Shown in pieces: positions 63,691 to 64,000 of a DNA stretch of 64,000 nucleotides. Source of the DNA: Bispira polyomma. Its lineage: Eukaryota. The stretch covers positions 59,954,001 through 60,018,000 of the forward strand of contig OZ287750.1 of NCBI GenBank assembly GCA_965649765.1. Reading direction: 5' to 3'. Each line of letters opens with the position of its first letter. Within the stretch, counting starts at the first letter, position 1. The notes under the pieces were generated by a model. The model searched no databases, was not told the origin of the DNA, and worked only from the letters and a program-made list of their open reading frames with translations. A program made the position numbers and the translations under genes.

Positions 63691-64000
63691 TAGCCGCAGT
63701 CATTCAAGCGTTACAATAGACTGGTATCCCAGAACTGAATTCGTCGGCGCTAGGGCGCTGCCTTATAAAAAGACACTTCTTGTCTTTTTCAGACTAGTAC
63801 CCTATCTGCGTGGTGGTTTGAAGAGACATTTTAGAGGTAGTTATGTGAAGGACCAGCATGGGCCAAACACATTGATCCCTGTTTCATCTACTTCTCAGCG
63901 TGCCATTAAAAAAACTTAAACCTAGAAATACAACCACAGTCATGGCATTATTACATTTTACTAGAAACACTGAAACTTTTACTGCTTGGAATGGACTCAA

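Larger units (their letters stand above)
58260..63745 (-). mobile_element. Near-complete tyrosine-recombinase retrotransposon (DIRS order; Ngaro/PAT-like), mutated; boundaries approximate
   Basis: Co-oriented gag-like ORF, RT/RNase H and tyrosine recombinase; no DDE integrase or protease seen. Confidence 0.92.

Overview
AT-rich animal genomic DNA, probably a lophotrochozoan such as an annelid (inferred from gene content). There are two host genes, both on the minus strand. One is an intronless tektin-3/5-type gene (3429-4958). The other is a spliced type-I membrane protein (SUEL lectin, CUB-like, Sushi-like, TM, tail) of which I could assemble 9 exons in frame (11623-22091); its first exon was not found. 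The rest is transposon-rich: L2/CR1-type LINE fragments, tRNA-derived SINEs, Harbinger-type and TA-TSD MITEs, and minisatellites. A near-complete but mutated tyrosine-recombinase (DIRS/Ngaro/PAT-like) retrotransposon lies at about 58260-63745, with two related remnants at about 7180-9520 and 51990-52520. The most interesting inference is that this element may make its recombinase as a spliced Gag-N/YR fusion (in-frame donor inside gag, conserved in the remnant; acceptor just after the pol stop) and reach Pol by a -1 frameshift. Also notable is a 4x100-bp array that multiplies an exon end together with its splice donor. All calls are by eye; no database searches were run.
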